DNA of 64,000 nt from an uncultured Candidatus Binatia bacterium (GCA_965214605.1 OZ243961.1:2464001-2528000), one strand, 5' to 3'; shown: positions 10,104 to 19,586, counted from the stretch's first letter. Numbers and translations are program-made. The notes: generated by a model from the letters alone, not told the origin.

Positions 10104-11075
10104 ATGAGGGATGTATTAAAGATCTTCGCCGGAAGATCGAATCGGCCGTTGGCTGAAGAGATTTGTGCCAGCCTACCAGAGCGGCTGGGAACGGCTGATA
10201 TTCGGACCTTCAGCGATGGCGAAAGCTCGGTTGAAATTACTGAGAATGTTCGGGGTGGTGACGTCTTTGTAGTGCAGTCTTTGTGTACCCCCGTCAACGA
10301 TCACCTCATGGAGTTGCTACTGATGCTTGACGCGTTCAAGCGCGCCTCGGCAAACCGGATTACCGCCGTGATTCCCTACTACGGCTATGCCCGTCAAGAT
10401 CGAAAGGTTGCCCCCCGCGTGCCGATTAGCGCAAAATTGGTGGCCGACCTGCTCACCACTGCGGGAGCCTCGCGGGTGCTAACGGCAGAATTACACGCCG
10501 GCCAGATTCAGGGCTTCTTTAATATCCCGGTCGACAACCTGTTTTCGGCACCCGTGCTCGTGCCGTATCTGAGCTCCCGGGTCGGGCGCGAGAAGATCTG
10601 TGTTGTGTCTCCAGACGCGGGCGGAGTAGAACGCGCCCGGGCGTTTGCCAAGCGCCTTGGAGCCTCCTTGGCGATTATAGACAAGCGTCGTGGTCAGGAG
10701 GTCGAAGATAGTCTGTCGGCTAACGCCAACCGTAGCGTTGCCGAGATGCACATCATTGGTGATGTTGGCGGTCGGGTTGCTGTCTTAGTCGATGATATGG
10801 TGGATACAGCCGGGACTCTCACCACCGCGGCTTCGGCACTGCACGAGGCCGGAGCCCAGGCGGTCTTTGCCTGTTGTACACACGCCGTGCTGTCTGGCCC
10901 GGCAATTCGACGGATAGAGGAGTCTGCTCTGGAGGAACTTGTGGTCACCAATTCGATTCCGCTCCGGCCCGAGACCCACGATCTGGACAAAATTCACGTC
11001 CTGTCAATCGCTCCGCTGATGGGAGAGGCCATTCGACGTATCCACAATGAGGAATCGATTAGCTCTCTGTTTTAA
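10104..11075 (+). CDS. prs: Ribose-phosphate pyrophosphokinase
   Basis: [33 protein letters not shown]. Confidence 0.97.
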   Translation: MRDVLKIFAGRSNRPLAEEICASLPERLGTADIRTFSDGESSVEITENVRGGDVFVVQSLCTPVNDHLMELLLMLDAFKRASANRITAVIPYYGYARQDRKVAPRVPISAKLVADLLTTAGASRVLTAELHAGQIQGFFNIPVDNLFSAPVLVPYLSSRVGREKICVVSPDAGGVERARAFAKRLGASLAIIDKRRGQEVEDSLSANANRSVAEMHIIGDVGGRVAVLVDDMVDTAGTLTTAASALHEAGAQAVFACCTHAVLSGPAIRRIEESALEELVVTNSIPLRPETHDLDKIHVLSIAPLMGEAIRRIHNEESISSLF

Positions 11076-11113
11076 GCTAGCGCTACGAGAGAGGCGAAGA
11101 AAATGAGGACACG

Positions 11114-11770
11114 ATGGAAAACGTACAGCTGAGAGTTGAAACGCGTCAGGCAAAAGGAAAAGAACGCGCTGCCCAAATGCGGCGGGCGGGGAAAGTGCCG
11201 GGCGTCTTTTATGGAACCGGAAGAGCGGCGACCTCTCTCAGCGTTGATGCTAAGGAGTTTCGCATACAACTGTCGAAAATCCAAGGTGCGCCTCTACTGA
11301 AACTGTCTTCCTCAGCCCCTGAATTGAACGATAAGCTCGTTTTGCTCAAAGAAGTGCAGTGCCATCCGGTGACCAGCGCGTTCTTACATGCCGACTTCTT
11401 TGAGGTTGATGAGAGCAAGCGGCTCCAGACCATCATCCCTGTCCATATCTCTGGCAGAGCCAAAGGCGTCACGGCTGGTGGGACGCTCCAGGTCCTGCTC
11501 CGTGATATTACCATTGAGTGTTTGCCTCGCGACCTACCTTCCTCGGTTGAGATTGATGTAACCGAACTCGATATCAACGATGTAATTCGTATTGAAGACC
11601 TGAATCTATCCGAGCAGGTCACAGTCCTCACCGGTCTGCATACAGCCGTAGTTAACGTCCAAATGCGTCGCCAGCTACAGGTCGTGGAAGAAGAAACCAC
11701 TGAAAAGGAGATCGCCGAAACCACCGAAGAACGGCCAGCAGACAACGCTTCAGCCGGAGCAAGCGAATAG
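11114..11770 (+). CDS. rplY: 50S ribosomal protein L25/Ctc
   Basis: RRAGKVPGVFYG, KEVQCHPV, HADF, GRAKGVTAGG; follows prs. Confidence 0.93.
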   Translation: MENVQLRVETRQAKGKERAAQMRRAGKVPGVFYGTGRAATSLSVDAKEFRIQLSKIQGAPLLKLSSSAPELNDKLVLLKEVQCHPVTSAFLHADFFEVDESKRLQTIIPVHISGRAKGVTAGGTLQVLLRDITIECLPRDLPSSVEIDVTELDINDVIRIEDLNLSEQVTVLTGLHTAVVNVQMRRQLQVVEEETTEKEIAETTEERPADNASAGASE

Positions 11771-11795
11771 CTGTCCACCGCTTAGAAGGAACGTC

Positions 11796-12340
11796 GTGCG
11801 TGCGTTGGTCGGTTTGGGGAATCTAGGCCCGGCTTATACAACACCCATCACAATCTGGGTTATCGACATACTGGTAGGACGATGGTGCATTCTGCTTGTC
11901 AGCAGCCCACTGCTATCTCTGATCGGTCAGGGATGCCGCTATACCCAGACCGTCCTGTTTGTCCAGCCCCGGACCTAGTATGAACAATAGCGGGGAAGCG
12001 GCGGGCTAGGTTTGGGATTTTTATGATTTGTCTGCGCCCGATTTCCTGGTCGTACACAATGACCTCGATCTGCCCGCGTGCCGTATTCCCGCCAAGCGGG
12101 ATGGGGGGGGGTGGCGCTGGTAGCAATCGGGGAATAGCTTCGATCATTGACGGACTTGGCAGTAAGGATTTTCCCTGAGTGAAGATCGCTGTTGGACGAC
12201 CTCAGGATACCACGCGCATCTCGCGCACCTGAAGGAGTATTTAGGTTCTGCATGGCGATGCACGCAGGGGATGCGGTCGAGGGGATGCTCGCACAAGGGC
12301 TGGAGCGGGCAATGGACAGGCTTAATCGGGTCGGGGGCGA
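11796..12340 (+). pseudogene. pth: Peptidyl-tRNA hydrolase pseudogene
   Basis: LVGLGNLG, NTHHNLG (shifted frame), QPRT-stop-MNNSGEA, LVVHNDLDLP, GGAGSNRGIASII, DFP-stop-VKIAVGRP, GLERAMDRLN; several stops and frameshifts; canonical rplY-pth-rpsF position. Confidence 0.9.
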
Positions 12341-12431
12341 AGTCCCGCCGATTTGGACCTCAATCCGCTCTATTGTCGCCCCTTTTTCCCTATGCTATGC
12401 AAAACATATATCGTGCAGACCGGAGGAATGC

Positions 12432-12920
12432 ATGCCGATTTATGAAACACTCACTATTCTTCGTCCCGACTTGGCCGAGGCTCGAGTGAAGGAAATCTTG
12501 ACCTGGATGGAAAAGCTTGTCGAGAACGGCCGAGGAAAGGTGCTCCAGGTTGAAGAGTGGGGAATGCGTGATCTCGCCTATCGGATTCAGAAACAACGTA
12601 AGGGCTATTACGTCCGCCTCGAATACGAGGCCATACCTGCGGCGCTCCAAGAGCTGGAACGCAACTTTCGGTTGAGCGAAGATGTGATACGGTTTCTGTC
12701 CGTCGTGCGCAAAACCCCTTCAGTCAAGCTCCCAAGCATGCAGCCTCACTCCGAAGCGGTTACCGAGATAGCTGCCGATACGCCGTCCGAAGCTTCTATT
12801 GAACCTGCCGCTGAGACGGGCCCACCAGCCCTACAACAAGGGGCCACACAGGATCCTGCGGTCACGCCTGCGGGTGGGCAGGATAAGCATGACGAGTCAC
12901 CCTCGCCCGCTACAAATTGA
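12432..12920 (+). CDS. rpsF: 30S ribosomal protein S6 with low-complexity C-terminal extension
   Basis: YETLTILRPD, WGMRDLAYRIQK..GYY, VIRFL; GGAGG RBS. Confidence 0.95.
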   Translation: MPIYETLTILRPDLAEARVKEILTWMEKLVENGRGKVLQVEEWGMRDLAYRIQKQRKGYYVRLEYEAIPAALQELERNFRLSEDVIRFLSVVRKTPSVKLPSMQPHSEAVTEIAADTPSEASIEPAAETGPPALQQGATQDPAVTPAGGQDKHDESPSPATN

Positions 12921-12943
12921 CAAGACACTGAGGAGAACAACGC

Positions 12944-13234
12944 ATGGCAAGATCACCGGCAAGAGGAGGGAGGTTCCGACGCGCCCAGCCTGGGGACGAT
13001 AAATTTCCGGCACGCCGCCGCTTGCGACGAAAAGTGTGTCGGTTCTGTGCTGATAAAAGTCTGTCGATTGACTATAAGGAAGCACGCATCCTCGAGGACT
13101 TCATCACTGAACGAGGAAAAATTATTCCCCGCCGCATCACCGGAACGTGTGCCTGGTGTCAGCGTAAACTGACAACGGCTGTCAAGCGGGCGCGGGCGAT
13201 TGCTCTACTGCCGTATGTGAGAACCCAGGTGTAA
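12944..13234 (+). CDS. rpsR: 30S ribosomal protein S18
   Basis: [37 protein letters not shown]. Confidence 0.97.
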   Translation: MARSPARGGRFRRAQPGDDKFPARRRLRRKVCRFCADKSLSIDYKEARILEDFITERGKIIPRRITGTCAWCQRKLTTAVKRARAIALLPYVRTQV

Positions 13235-13294
13235 GTCTCAGGCAGATCGCTCCGCCTTGTGTTTTGGTGCGCACTGCCGTAAAGAAGAATGGCC

Positions 13295-13741
13295 ATGGAG
13301 ATTATTCTACAGGAAGAGGTCGCCAATCTGGGGCAGATTGGCGATATTGTTAAGGTCAGAGATGGCTACGCGCGGAACTATTTGCTGCCCCGTGGGCTGG
13401 CAGTTGAGGCAAACCGGCGCAATGTCCGCGTCCTCGAACATCACAAGCGTTTGGTGGCGGGCAAAAAAGAACGAGCCGAGCGCCAAGCCCAGGCACTCGT
13501 TGAACAGCTGTCCGCCTTGAGTCTCACCATACCAGCCAAGGCAGGAGAAGAAGGACGCTTGTTTGGATCGGTCACGAATATTGACCTTGAGACGGCCCTC
13601 AAAGAGAAGGGGATGAGCCTTGACCGACGGAGAATTCTCCTTGACGAGCCGATCAAGCAGGTGGGGTCATATGAGGTGTCGATCAATCTGGGCAACGCAA
13701 TGCGGGCAACTATTAAGGTTGAGGTCACTGCCGAATCCTAA
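13295..13741 (+). CDS. rplI: 50S ribosomal protein L9
   Basis: MEIIL, GDIVKVRDGYARNYLLP, GRLFGSVT. Confidence 0.97.
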   Translation: MEIILQEEVANLGQIGDIVKVRDGYARNYLLPRGLAVEANRRNVRVLEHHKRLVAGKKERAERQAQALVEQLSALSLTIPAKAGEEGRLFGSVTNIDLETALKEKGMSLDRRRILLDEPIKQVGSYEVSINLGNAMRATIKVEVTAES

Positions 13742-13801
13742 GCCAGTTCCCTCTCCTCGCTAAATGGCGCAACTCAAGGAAAGCAGAAGAGACGATTTTG
13801 C

Positions 13802-13873
13802 AGGCGCGTAGCTCAGTGGGAGAGCGCTTCCTTGACGCGGAAGAGGTCGGCGGTTCGATACCGCCCGCGCCTA
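13802..13873 (+). tRNA. tRNA-Val (GAC)
   Basis: Acceptor AGGCGCG/CGCGCCT, D-arm TAGCTCAGTGGGAGAGC, anticodon arm CTTCC-TTGACGC-GGAAG, T-loop GGTTCGATACC. Confidence 0.95.
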
Positions 13874-14002
13874 TGGTAATATACACGTGAGCACTGTAAC
13901 AGCGGTCTTCAGAGGACGCACGGGGGAAGGTTTTCCCACCGGTTTGGTCCGTTTTGCCTGCCTCAACCGCATGGCTGCTGCCCACGTGCCGGGAGGTGAG
14001 CC

Positions 14003-14515
14003 ATAGCTCGAGAAGCAGGGGTCCGGATTAATCAACAGATCCGCGCACGCGAAGTCCGTGTCATTGATGAAGGCGGAACCCAGATCGGCATCATACACTT
14101 AGCTGAGGCCCTACGTATGACCGAGGAGCGAGAACTCGATCTGGTCGAAATATCACCGACCGCCTCGCCTCCGGTTTGCCGAATTATGGACTACGGCAAG
14201 TACCGTTACCTGCAGAAGAAGAAAGCCCAGGAGTCACGGAAAAATCAAATCCAGGTGCTGGTTAAAGAGGTGAAACTCGGCTCCCGAACGAACGATCACG
14301 ATATTGATTTCAAGGTCAATAATATCAGGCGTTTCCTGGAGAAAAAGCAACGGGTCAAAGTGTCGGTTTTTTTTCGCGGTCGGGAGATTACCCATCCCGA
14401 GATTGGCAAGGAGCTGTTGGACAAAGTGTTTCAAAAAATTGAGGATATTGGGACGATAGAAAACCAGGCCCGTTTAGAGGGCCGCAATATGTCTATGCTC
14501 ATTGTTCCGAGGTAA
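14003..14515 (+). CDS. infC: Translation initiation factor IF-3, non-canonical ATA start
   Basis: In-frame upstream extension IAREAGVRINQQIRAREVRVID; GGAGGTG SD just before ATA at 14003; PPVCRIMDYGKY, FRGRE. Confidence 0.93.
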   Translation: MAREAGVRINQQIRAREVRVIDEGGTQIGIIHLAEALRMTEERELDLVEISPTASPPVCRIMDYGKYRYLQKKKAQESRKNQIQVLVKEVKLGSRTNDHDIDFKVNNIRRFLEKKQRVKVSVFFRGREITHPEIGKELLDKVFQKIEDIGTIENQARLEGRNMSMLIVPR

Positions 14516-14518
14516 GCT

Positions 14519-14716
14519 ATGCCAAAGCTGAAAACGTGTCGCGGGGCGGCCAAACGTTTTAAGGTGACGGGCTCAGGAAAGGTGCGGCGCTACCGTGCTT
14601 ATCGGCGCCATATTCTTTCTACCAAGACGACAAAACAGAAACGGCGGCTGAGGCAGTCCAATCTCGTCTCGACGGCTGATGAACGCGCGATTCGATACTT
14701 GATTCCGTTTCTGTAG
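14519..14716 (+). CDS. rpmI: 50S ribosomal protein L35
   Basis: [19 protein letters not shown]. Confidence 0.96.
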   Translation: MPKLKTCRGAAKRFKVTGSGKVRRYRAYRRHILSTKTTKQKRRLRQSNLVSTADERAIRYLIPFL

Positions 14717-14730
14717 ACGAAGGAGAACAC

Positions 14731-15090
14731 ATGCCCCGAGCAAAACGCGGCTTCAAAGCTCGCCGCCGTCGAAAAAAGCTTCTCAAGCTTGCCAAAGGCT
14801 TCGTAGGGGGTCGCCGTCGTCTATACCGTCAGGCACGGGAAACGGTTGAACGCGGCTTGGTCTATGCCTACCGGGATCGCCGGGTAAGAAAACGTACCTT
14901 TCGGCGTTTATGGAACGTCCGTATTAACGCCGCCGCCCGTCTGAACGGTTTATCATACAGCCGTTTGATTCACGGCTTAACGCAGGCTGATGTTGCCATA
15001 GATAGAAAGATTCTGGCCGCATTGGCTGTTCATGATCCGGATGCTTTTGCTGCGGTTGCCAAGGTTGCCAAGGAACGTTTGGCTGCCTAG
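14731..15090 (+). CDS. rplT: 50S ribosomal protein L20
   Basis: [33 protein letters not shown]. Confidence 0.97.
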   Translation: MPRAKRGFKARRRRKKLLKLAKGFVGGRRRLYRQARETVERGLVYAYRDRRVRKRTFRRLWNVRINAAARLNGLSYSRLIHGLTQADVAIDRKILAALAVHDPDAFAAVAKVAKERLAA

Positions 15091-15141
15091 GACGTGCTCT
15101 GCTACCCCGGCGGCGTTGCTGAGCCCGAGCGGGAGGCTGGC

Positions 15142-15429
15142 ATGACAAAAGCCGACATTGTTGAACGGATATACGAAGAAGTGGGATTTTCGAAAAAAGA
15201 GGCGACCGAGGTCGTTGAGTCGATTTTCGAAATTATAAAGACCCGTCTTGAAGAAGGCGAAAAAGTCAAAATTTCGGGCTTTGGGAATTTTGCTATCAAT
15301 GAGAAACGACCTCGCAAAGGGCGCAATCCTCAAACCGGAGAAACGATTGTAATCTCCGGTCGTCGGGTGCTCTCGTTCAAATCGAGCCCGGTACTGAAAA
15401 AGGCGCTGAACCCTTCCTATAATAATTAG
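15142..15429 (+). CDS. ihfA: Integration host factor alpha subunit
   Basis: MTKADIVE, VKISGFGNF, RKGRNPQTGE; followed by a MerR gene as usual. Confidence 0.9.
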   Translation: MTKADIVERIYEEVGFSKKEATEVVESIFEIIKTRLEEGEKVKISGFGNFAINEKRPRKGRNPQTGETIVISGRRVLSFKSSPVLKKALNPSYNN

Positions 15430-15436
15430 GTTTGTT

Positions 15437-15853
15437 GTGGAACAATCTGATTTACCCAACAAGCTCTATTTCCGAATTGGGGAAGTGGCAAAGATTGTTG
15501 GGGTCAAGCCATACGTCTTGCGTTATTGGGAGACGGAGTTTCCGAGTATCAAACCCGGCAAAACTCCATCTCGCCACCGTCTGTACCGCCGTCGTGATGT
15601 TGAGCTGCTGCTGGAAATCAAGCACCTCCTGTACGACGAGCGGTTTACGATTGCCGGAGCCAAAAAACAGCTCAAAGACCTTGAAAATTCCCCCCCTCAA
15701 ACTGCTGATACAAGCGTCCTCCAACCGGCCGAACGAACGGTCCAGCCAGCCGAACCGCCCAGTGCGCCTTCGTCTGAACAGCGCCAACTCTTACGCACCA
15801 TCCGTCAGGAGCTTCAGGCCTTGTACTCCGCGCTTGAACGCAAACTGGGCTGA
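15437..15853 (+). CDS. MerR family transcriptional regulator
   Basis: KLYFRIGEVA...YVLRYWETEF, LLYDERFTIAGA. Confidence 0.9.
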   Translation: MEQSDLPNKLYFRIGEVAKIVGVKPYVLRYWETEFPSIKPGKTPSRHRLYRRRDVELLLEIKHLLYDERFTIAGAKKQLKDLENSPPQTADTSVLQPAERTVQPAEPPSAPSSEQRQLLRTIRQELQALYSALERKLG

Positions 15854-15880
15854 AGCGTGCTACGCTTGTGCGTTTCTATC

Positions 15881-15910
15881 TTGACCTTTCTTTCCCGTGT
15901 GTGGTACTGT
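15881..15910 (+). promoter_or_regulatory. Putative sigma70 promoter for the DD-carboxypeptidase gene
   Basis: TTGACC-N18-TACTGT with TGn extended -10. Confidence 0.4.
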
Positions 15911-15979
15911 CTTTGGTCCTTAGATTAGACATAAATCTGCTTGGTCGATAGGGCTAGAGCGGTGGATCGTTGAAAAACT

Positions 15980-17212
15980 GTGGAAGGGGTGGTGCGGAGG
16001 ATGTGGACCACATGTGTATCCAGGATTCCCAGTAAGACTCTGTTGTGGGGATTGACTGGCGGGCTGCTTCTGTGGGGACTCACGTTCAACGTCGGCCCTT
16101 CCTCCGTCCGGGCCAATCTCCTGTCCGCGGTGTCACTCCAGTCGGTTGACGCGCCGCCTTTACCGCCGACTCGGGACTTTGCAGCCGTCTTGCTTCAAGA
16201 GGCGGACAGTGGCCAAGTGTTGTTCGCTCGGTACGAGAAACGTGTCTGGCCGCTCGCCTCACTGACCAAGATGATGGTTGGTCTGATTGCCTTGGAAGCC
16301 CTGCGGGACGGCCAGGTATCACTCGACACTTCCGTTCCCATTAGTCGCCGAGCCAGTCGGGCCGGTGGACGTAGTGTGAATCTCCGAGTTGGAGAGCGTC
16401 TGCCCTTTGGCGAACTACTACAGGCTATGTTAGTGACCTCGGCCAACGGTGCCGCCGTAGCTATAGCTGAACACTTGAGCGGATCGGTCGAGGCGTGTAT
16501 CCAAGCGATGAATGCGCGAGCCGCGGCTTTGGGTATGAACCAAACGCGTTTTCAGACAGTCAATGGTTTACCGCCGTCTAGGCGGGTTGCTCCTGATCAA
16601 GCCTCAGCCTTGGATCTGACGATCTTAGCGCGCGCCTTGCTGACCTACCCCGAGCTCTTGGACTGGACCTCACGCCGACGAATTCCTTTCCGAGCCGGCA
16701 AACAACGCTTCAAGAACACCAATCTTTTAGTTGGTCGCCTTACCGGTGTGGACGGGCTCAAAACCGGCTATACTGCAAAGGCACGCTTTAACCTGGTCAC
16801 CACGGCCAAACGCGACAGTTTGCGGCTCATCGCCGTGGTATTGGGCGGACGCAACAGTCGGATTCGATTTCGGACCGCGGCCAATCTCTTAGAATGGGGC
16901 TTTGCCCATTTTACCCGGCTACGTTTGATCAGAGCCGGACAACCTTTGTGGACAGAGGTTCAGGTAGAAGATGGCAGCGTTTCGAGTCTCCAGCCGATTG
17001 CCGGAGCAGACTCAACGTTGTTTGTCCGCAAGGGAGATATCAAAGATCTTCAGATTACGCTTGAGTTACCGTCGGTCGTGACAGCGCCGGTCGCTGACCA
17101 TCAAGTCCTAGGCCGCGTCGTTGTTGGGAATACTCATCAGATGCTTACTGTAATCCCTGCTCTCAGTCCGAGCTACGTACCTGAGGCCCGCTGGAGGCGA
17201 GTCCGACGCTAA
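15980..17212 (+). CDS. D-alanyl-D-alanine carboxypeptidase (PBP5/6, peptidase S11)
   Basis: ASLTK (SxxK), SAN (SxN), GLKTGYT (KTG); start uncertain. Confidence 0.92.
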   Translation: MEGVVRRMWTTCVSRIPSKTLLWGLTGGLLLWGLTFNVGPSSVRANLLSAVSLQSVDAPPLPPTRDFAAVLLQEADSGQVLFARYEKRVWPLASLTKMMVGLIALEALRDGQVSLDTSVPISRRASRAGGRSVNLRVGERLPFGELLQAMLVTSANGAAVAIAEHLSGSVEACIQAMNARAAALGMNQTRFQTVNGLPPSRRVAPDQASALDLTILARALLTYPELLDWTSRRRIPFRAGKQRFKNTNLLVGRLTGVDGLKTGYTAKARFNLVTTAKRDSLRLIAVVLGGRNSRIRFRTAANLLEWGFAHFTRLRLIRAGQPLWTEVQVEDGSVSSLQPIAGADSTLFVRKGDIKDLQITLELPSVVTAPVADHQVLGRVVVGNTHQMLTVIPALSPSYVPEARWRRVRR

Positions 17213-17241
17213 GCACGACTCAGAGAAAATTGCCTTCCAAG

Positions 17242-17338
17242 GGCTCAGGCGTGTATTGCTCTTCGGCGCAGCCCCGGTCTCGTCGGACCGATGCAGCGCC
17301 GCTCGGCTCAGGCGTGTATTGCTCCTCGGAGCAACCTC
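17242..17338. repeat. Two imperfect ~33-nt palindromic direct repeats, period 63 nt
   Basis: GGCTCAGGCGTGTATTGCTCTTCGGCGCAGCC at 17242 and GGCTCAGGCGTGTATTGCTCCTCGGAGCAACC at 17305; first 20 nt identical. Confidence 0.85.
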
Positions 17339-17412
17339 TTGCAATCTGGCGAAGAGTGTTTATTTTACTGGCTCTCTGTATGCACCGGAGATCTGAAAGG
17401 AGAGAATAAGCG

Positions 17413-19053
17413 ATGGCGAAAAAACAGGTGAACTTGCATGAACAAGCCCGGACTGGGATCTTAGCAGGCGTCAATTTGATTGCCGATGCGGCTCAGGTCA
17501 CTCTTGGCCCAAAAGGGCGCAACGTACTGCTTGAGAAAAGTTTTGGTGCTCCAGTTGTCACCAAGGACGGTGTGACGGTTGTGAGAGAGATCGAACTTGA
17601 CGATAAATTCGAGAATATGGGTGCCAGAATGCTGCGTGAAGTTGCCCAGAAAACCTCGGACTTGGCCGGTGATGGAACGACCACCGCAACGGTTTTATCC
17701 CGAGCTATTTTGCGCGAAGGGCTGCGGCTCCAAGCAGCAGGGTTTGATCCAATGGAACTAAAACGTGGGATTGATGCAGCGGTGGAAAAAGTTGTCGAAG
17801 GCATCACAGAGCAGAGCCGTTCGGTCAAAGGTCAAGACCAAGTCACCCAAGTCGGGACGATTGCCGCTAATGGTGAAGCCGAGGTTGGCCGTATCCTGGC
17901 CGAAGCTATGGACCGGGTCGGCCAAGAAGGGGTCATCACCATTGAAGAGGGCAAAGGGTTGGAGACAGTCTTGGATGTTGTGGAGGGCATGCAGTTTGAT
18001 CGGGGCTTTCTGTCACCCTACTTTGTGACCAATAGCGAACGGATGACGGTTGAGCTTGAGGATCCCTATATTCTGTTCCATGAAAAGAAAGTATCCAACA
18101 TGCGTGAGCTGGTGCCCTTGCTCGAAAAGAGCGCCCAGAGTGGCCACCCGCTCGTCATTGTGGCCGAGGATCTTGAGGGCGAAGCGCTGAGCACCTTGGT
18201 GGTCAACCGTTTGCGTGGGACGCTCAACTGTGCGGCAGTCAAAGCGCCGGGCTTTGGTGACCGGCGCAAAGCTATGCTCGAAGATATGGCTATCCTGACG
18301 GGTGGGAAAGTTATTTCCGAAGAACTCGGCATGAATCTGGAGACGGTTGATCTGTCAGATTTGGGACGCTGTCAACATTTTATCATGGACAAAGATAATT
18401 CGACGATTGTTGATGGCGCAGGAGAAAAAGCCGCCATCAACGCCCGCATGGATCAGATTCGATCCCAAATCGACGACACCACCTCTGACTACGACCGAGA
18501 AAAACTTCAGGAACGCCTAGCAAAACTGTCCGGTGGAGTTGCCGTCATTAAAGTCGGAGCGGCCACCGAGATTGAAATGAAAGAACGTAAAGCACGGGTG
18601 GACGATGCCATGCACGCCACTCGGGCGGCGGCTGAAGAGGGAATTGTGCCAGGCGGCGGCGTCGCTCTGTTACGAGCCCAGAGCAAATTGGCTGAGTTGC
18701 ACTTCAACGACGATCAAGCCCAGGGTGTGGACATTATCCGTCGGGCACTTGAAGAACCGCTGCGCCAGATTGCGGCCAATGCCGGGCTGGACGCGGCAAT
18801 TGTGGTCAACAAAGTCCAGGAGAGCAAGGGCGACATGGGCCTTAACGCCGCTAACGAACAGTACGAAAACTTGTTTCAAGCGGGTGTGGTTGATTCGAGC
18901 AAGGTCGTGCGAGTCGCCCTACAGAATGCGGCCAGCGTGGCTGGCCTAATGATTACGACTGAGGCCTCAATTGCCGATTTGCCCGAAAAACCGATGCCGG
19001 CTAATGGGCACGACCACGAGCACGACTACGGAGACCTTGACGACGATTATTGA
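17413..19053 (+). CDS. groEL: Chaperonin GroEL (no adjacent groES; His/Asp-rich tail)
   Basis: [47 protein letters not shown]. Confidence 0.97.
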   Translation: MAKKQVNLHEQARTGILAGVNLIADAAQVTLGPKGRNVLLEKSFGAPVVTKDGVTVVREIELDDKFENMGARMLREVAQKTSDLAGDGTTTATVLSRAILREGLRLQAAGFDPMELKRGIDAAVEKVVEGITEQSRSVKGQDQVTQVGTIAANGEAEVGRILAEAMDRVGQEGVITIEEGKGLETVLDVVEGMQFDRGFLSPYFVTNSERMTVELEDPYILFHEKKVSNMRELVPLLEKSAQSGHPLVIVAEDLEGEALSTLVVNRLRGTLNCAAVKAPGFGDRRKAMLEDMAILTGGKVISEELGMNLETVDLSDLGRCQHFIMDKDNSTIVDGAGEKAAINARMDQIRSQIDDTTSDYDREKLQERLAKLSGGVAVIKVGAATEIEMKERKARVDDAMHATRAAAEEGIVPGGGVALLRAQSKLAELHFNDDQAQGVDIIRRALEEPLRQIAANAGLDAAIVVNKVQESKGDMGLNAANEQYENLFQAGVVDSSKVVRVALQNAASVAGLMITTEASIADLPEKPMPANGHDHEHDYGDLDDDY

Positions 19054-19113
19054 TCTGACAACGACGGCGTGTCATAGTGCAGTATCTACTGTCGGAAGAG
19101 AAAAGGGGGAATC

Positions 19114-19434
19114 ATGCAAACGATTAGACGGCTTCTGCTCGGGCTTCCTGTTCTTGCCCTGTTTGTAATGGTTAATTCAGGATGCTCACTCATACAACCG
19201 GAGGATACCTGGACGGCAGCTGCCAATACCGCCAATCAGGCTGCTAGCCAAGCTGGAACTTCTGCAGGGCGGGCCGAAGCCGCCGCAGGTCAAGCCGAAG
19301 CTGCTGTGGGCCGGAGCGAAGCGGCGGCTGGCCGGAGCGAAGCGGCGGCTTCACGTGCAGAGGAGGCTGCGCAGCGGGCGGAAGATGCCGCCACCCGAGT
19401 GGAAGCGATGTTTGACCGGATGATGCGCAAATAA
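19114..19434 (+). CDS. Alanine-zipper lipoprotein (OprI/Lpp-like)
   Basis: Signal peptide with lipobox NSG-C; heptad Ala repeats; exact 21-nt tandem duplication at 19309-19350; ends FDRMMRK. Confidence 0.7.
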   Translation: MQTIRRLLLGLPVLALFVMVNSGCSLIQPEDTWTAAANTANQAASQAGTSAGRAEAAAGQAEAAVGRSEAAAGRSEAAASRAEEAAQRAEDAATRVEAMFDRMMRK

Positions 19435-19448
19435 ACAACAAAAAACGA

Positions 19449-19482
19449 GGCAGCTCTACGCTGCCCCATCGCTTCTTTTTTT
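19449..19482 (+). terminator. Possible intrinsic terminator between convergent genes
   Basis: GGCAGC-TCTAC-GCTGCC hairpin, A-run upstream and T-run downstream. Confidence 0.35.
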
Positions 19483-19586
19483 CCTCTTACTTTTATCTTA
19501 ACAAAACCGCCATCTTTAAACGGTCTTTCTTACTCGTCCACTCGGATAATAGTAAGGCACAGGAATAAAAGGCTGTTAAGAAGACA

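Noticed and set aside
12192-12431. Long N-terminal extension of S6 in the ORF track
   Set aside because: It is the 3-prime remnant of pth read in frame; the real start is ATG 12432 with a GGAGG RBS
12720-12920. S6 C-terminal extension as a novel domain
   Set aside because: Low-complexity Ala/Pro/Glu tails are common on S6
17242-17338. CRISPR array call
   Set aside because: Only two imperfect repeats, a self-structured spacer and no cas genes; kept as an unclassified repeat
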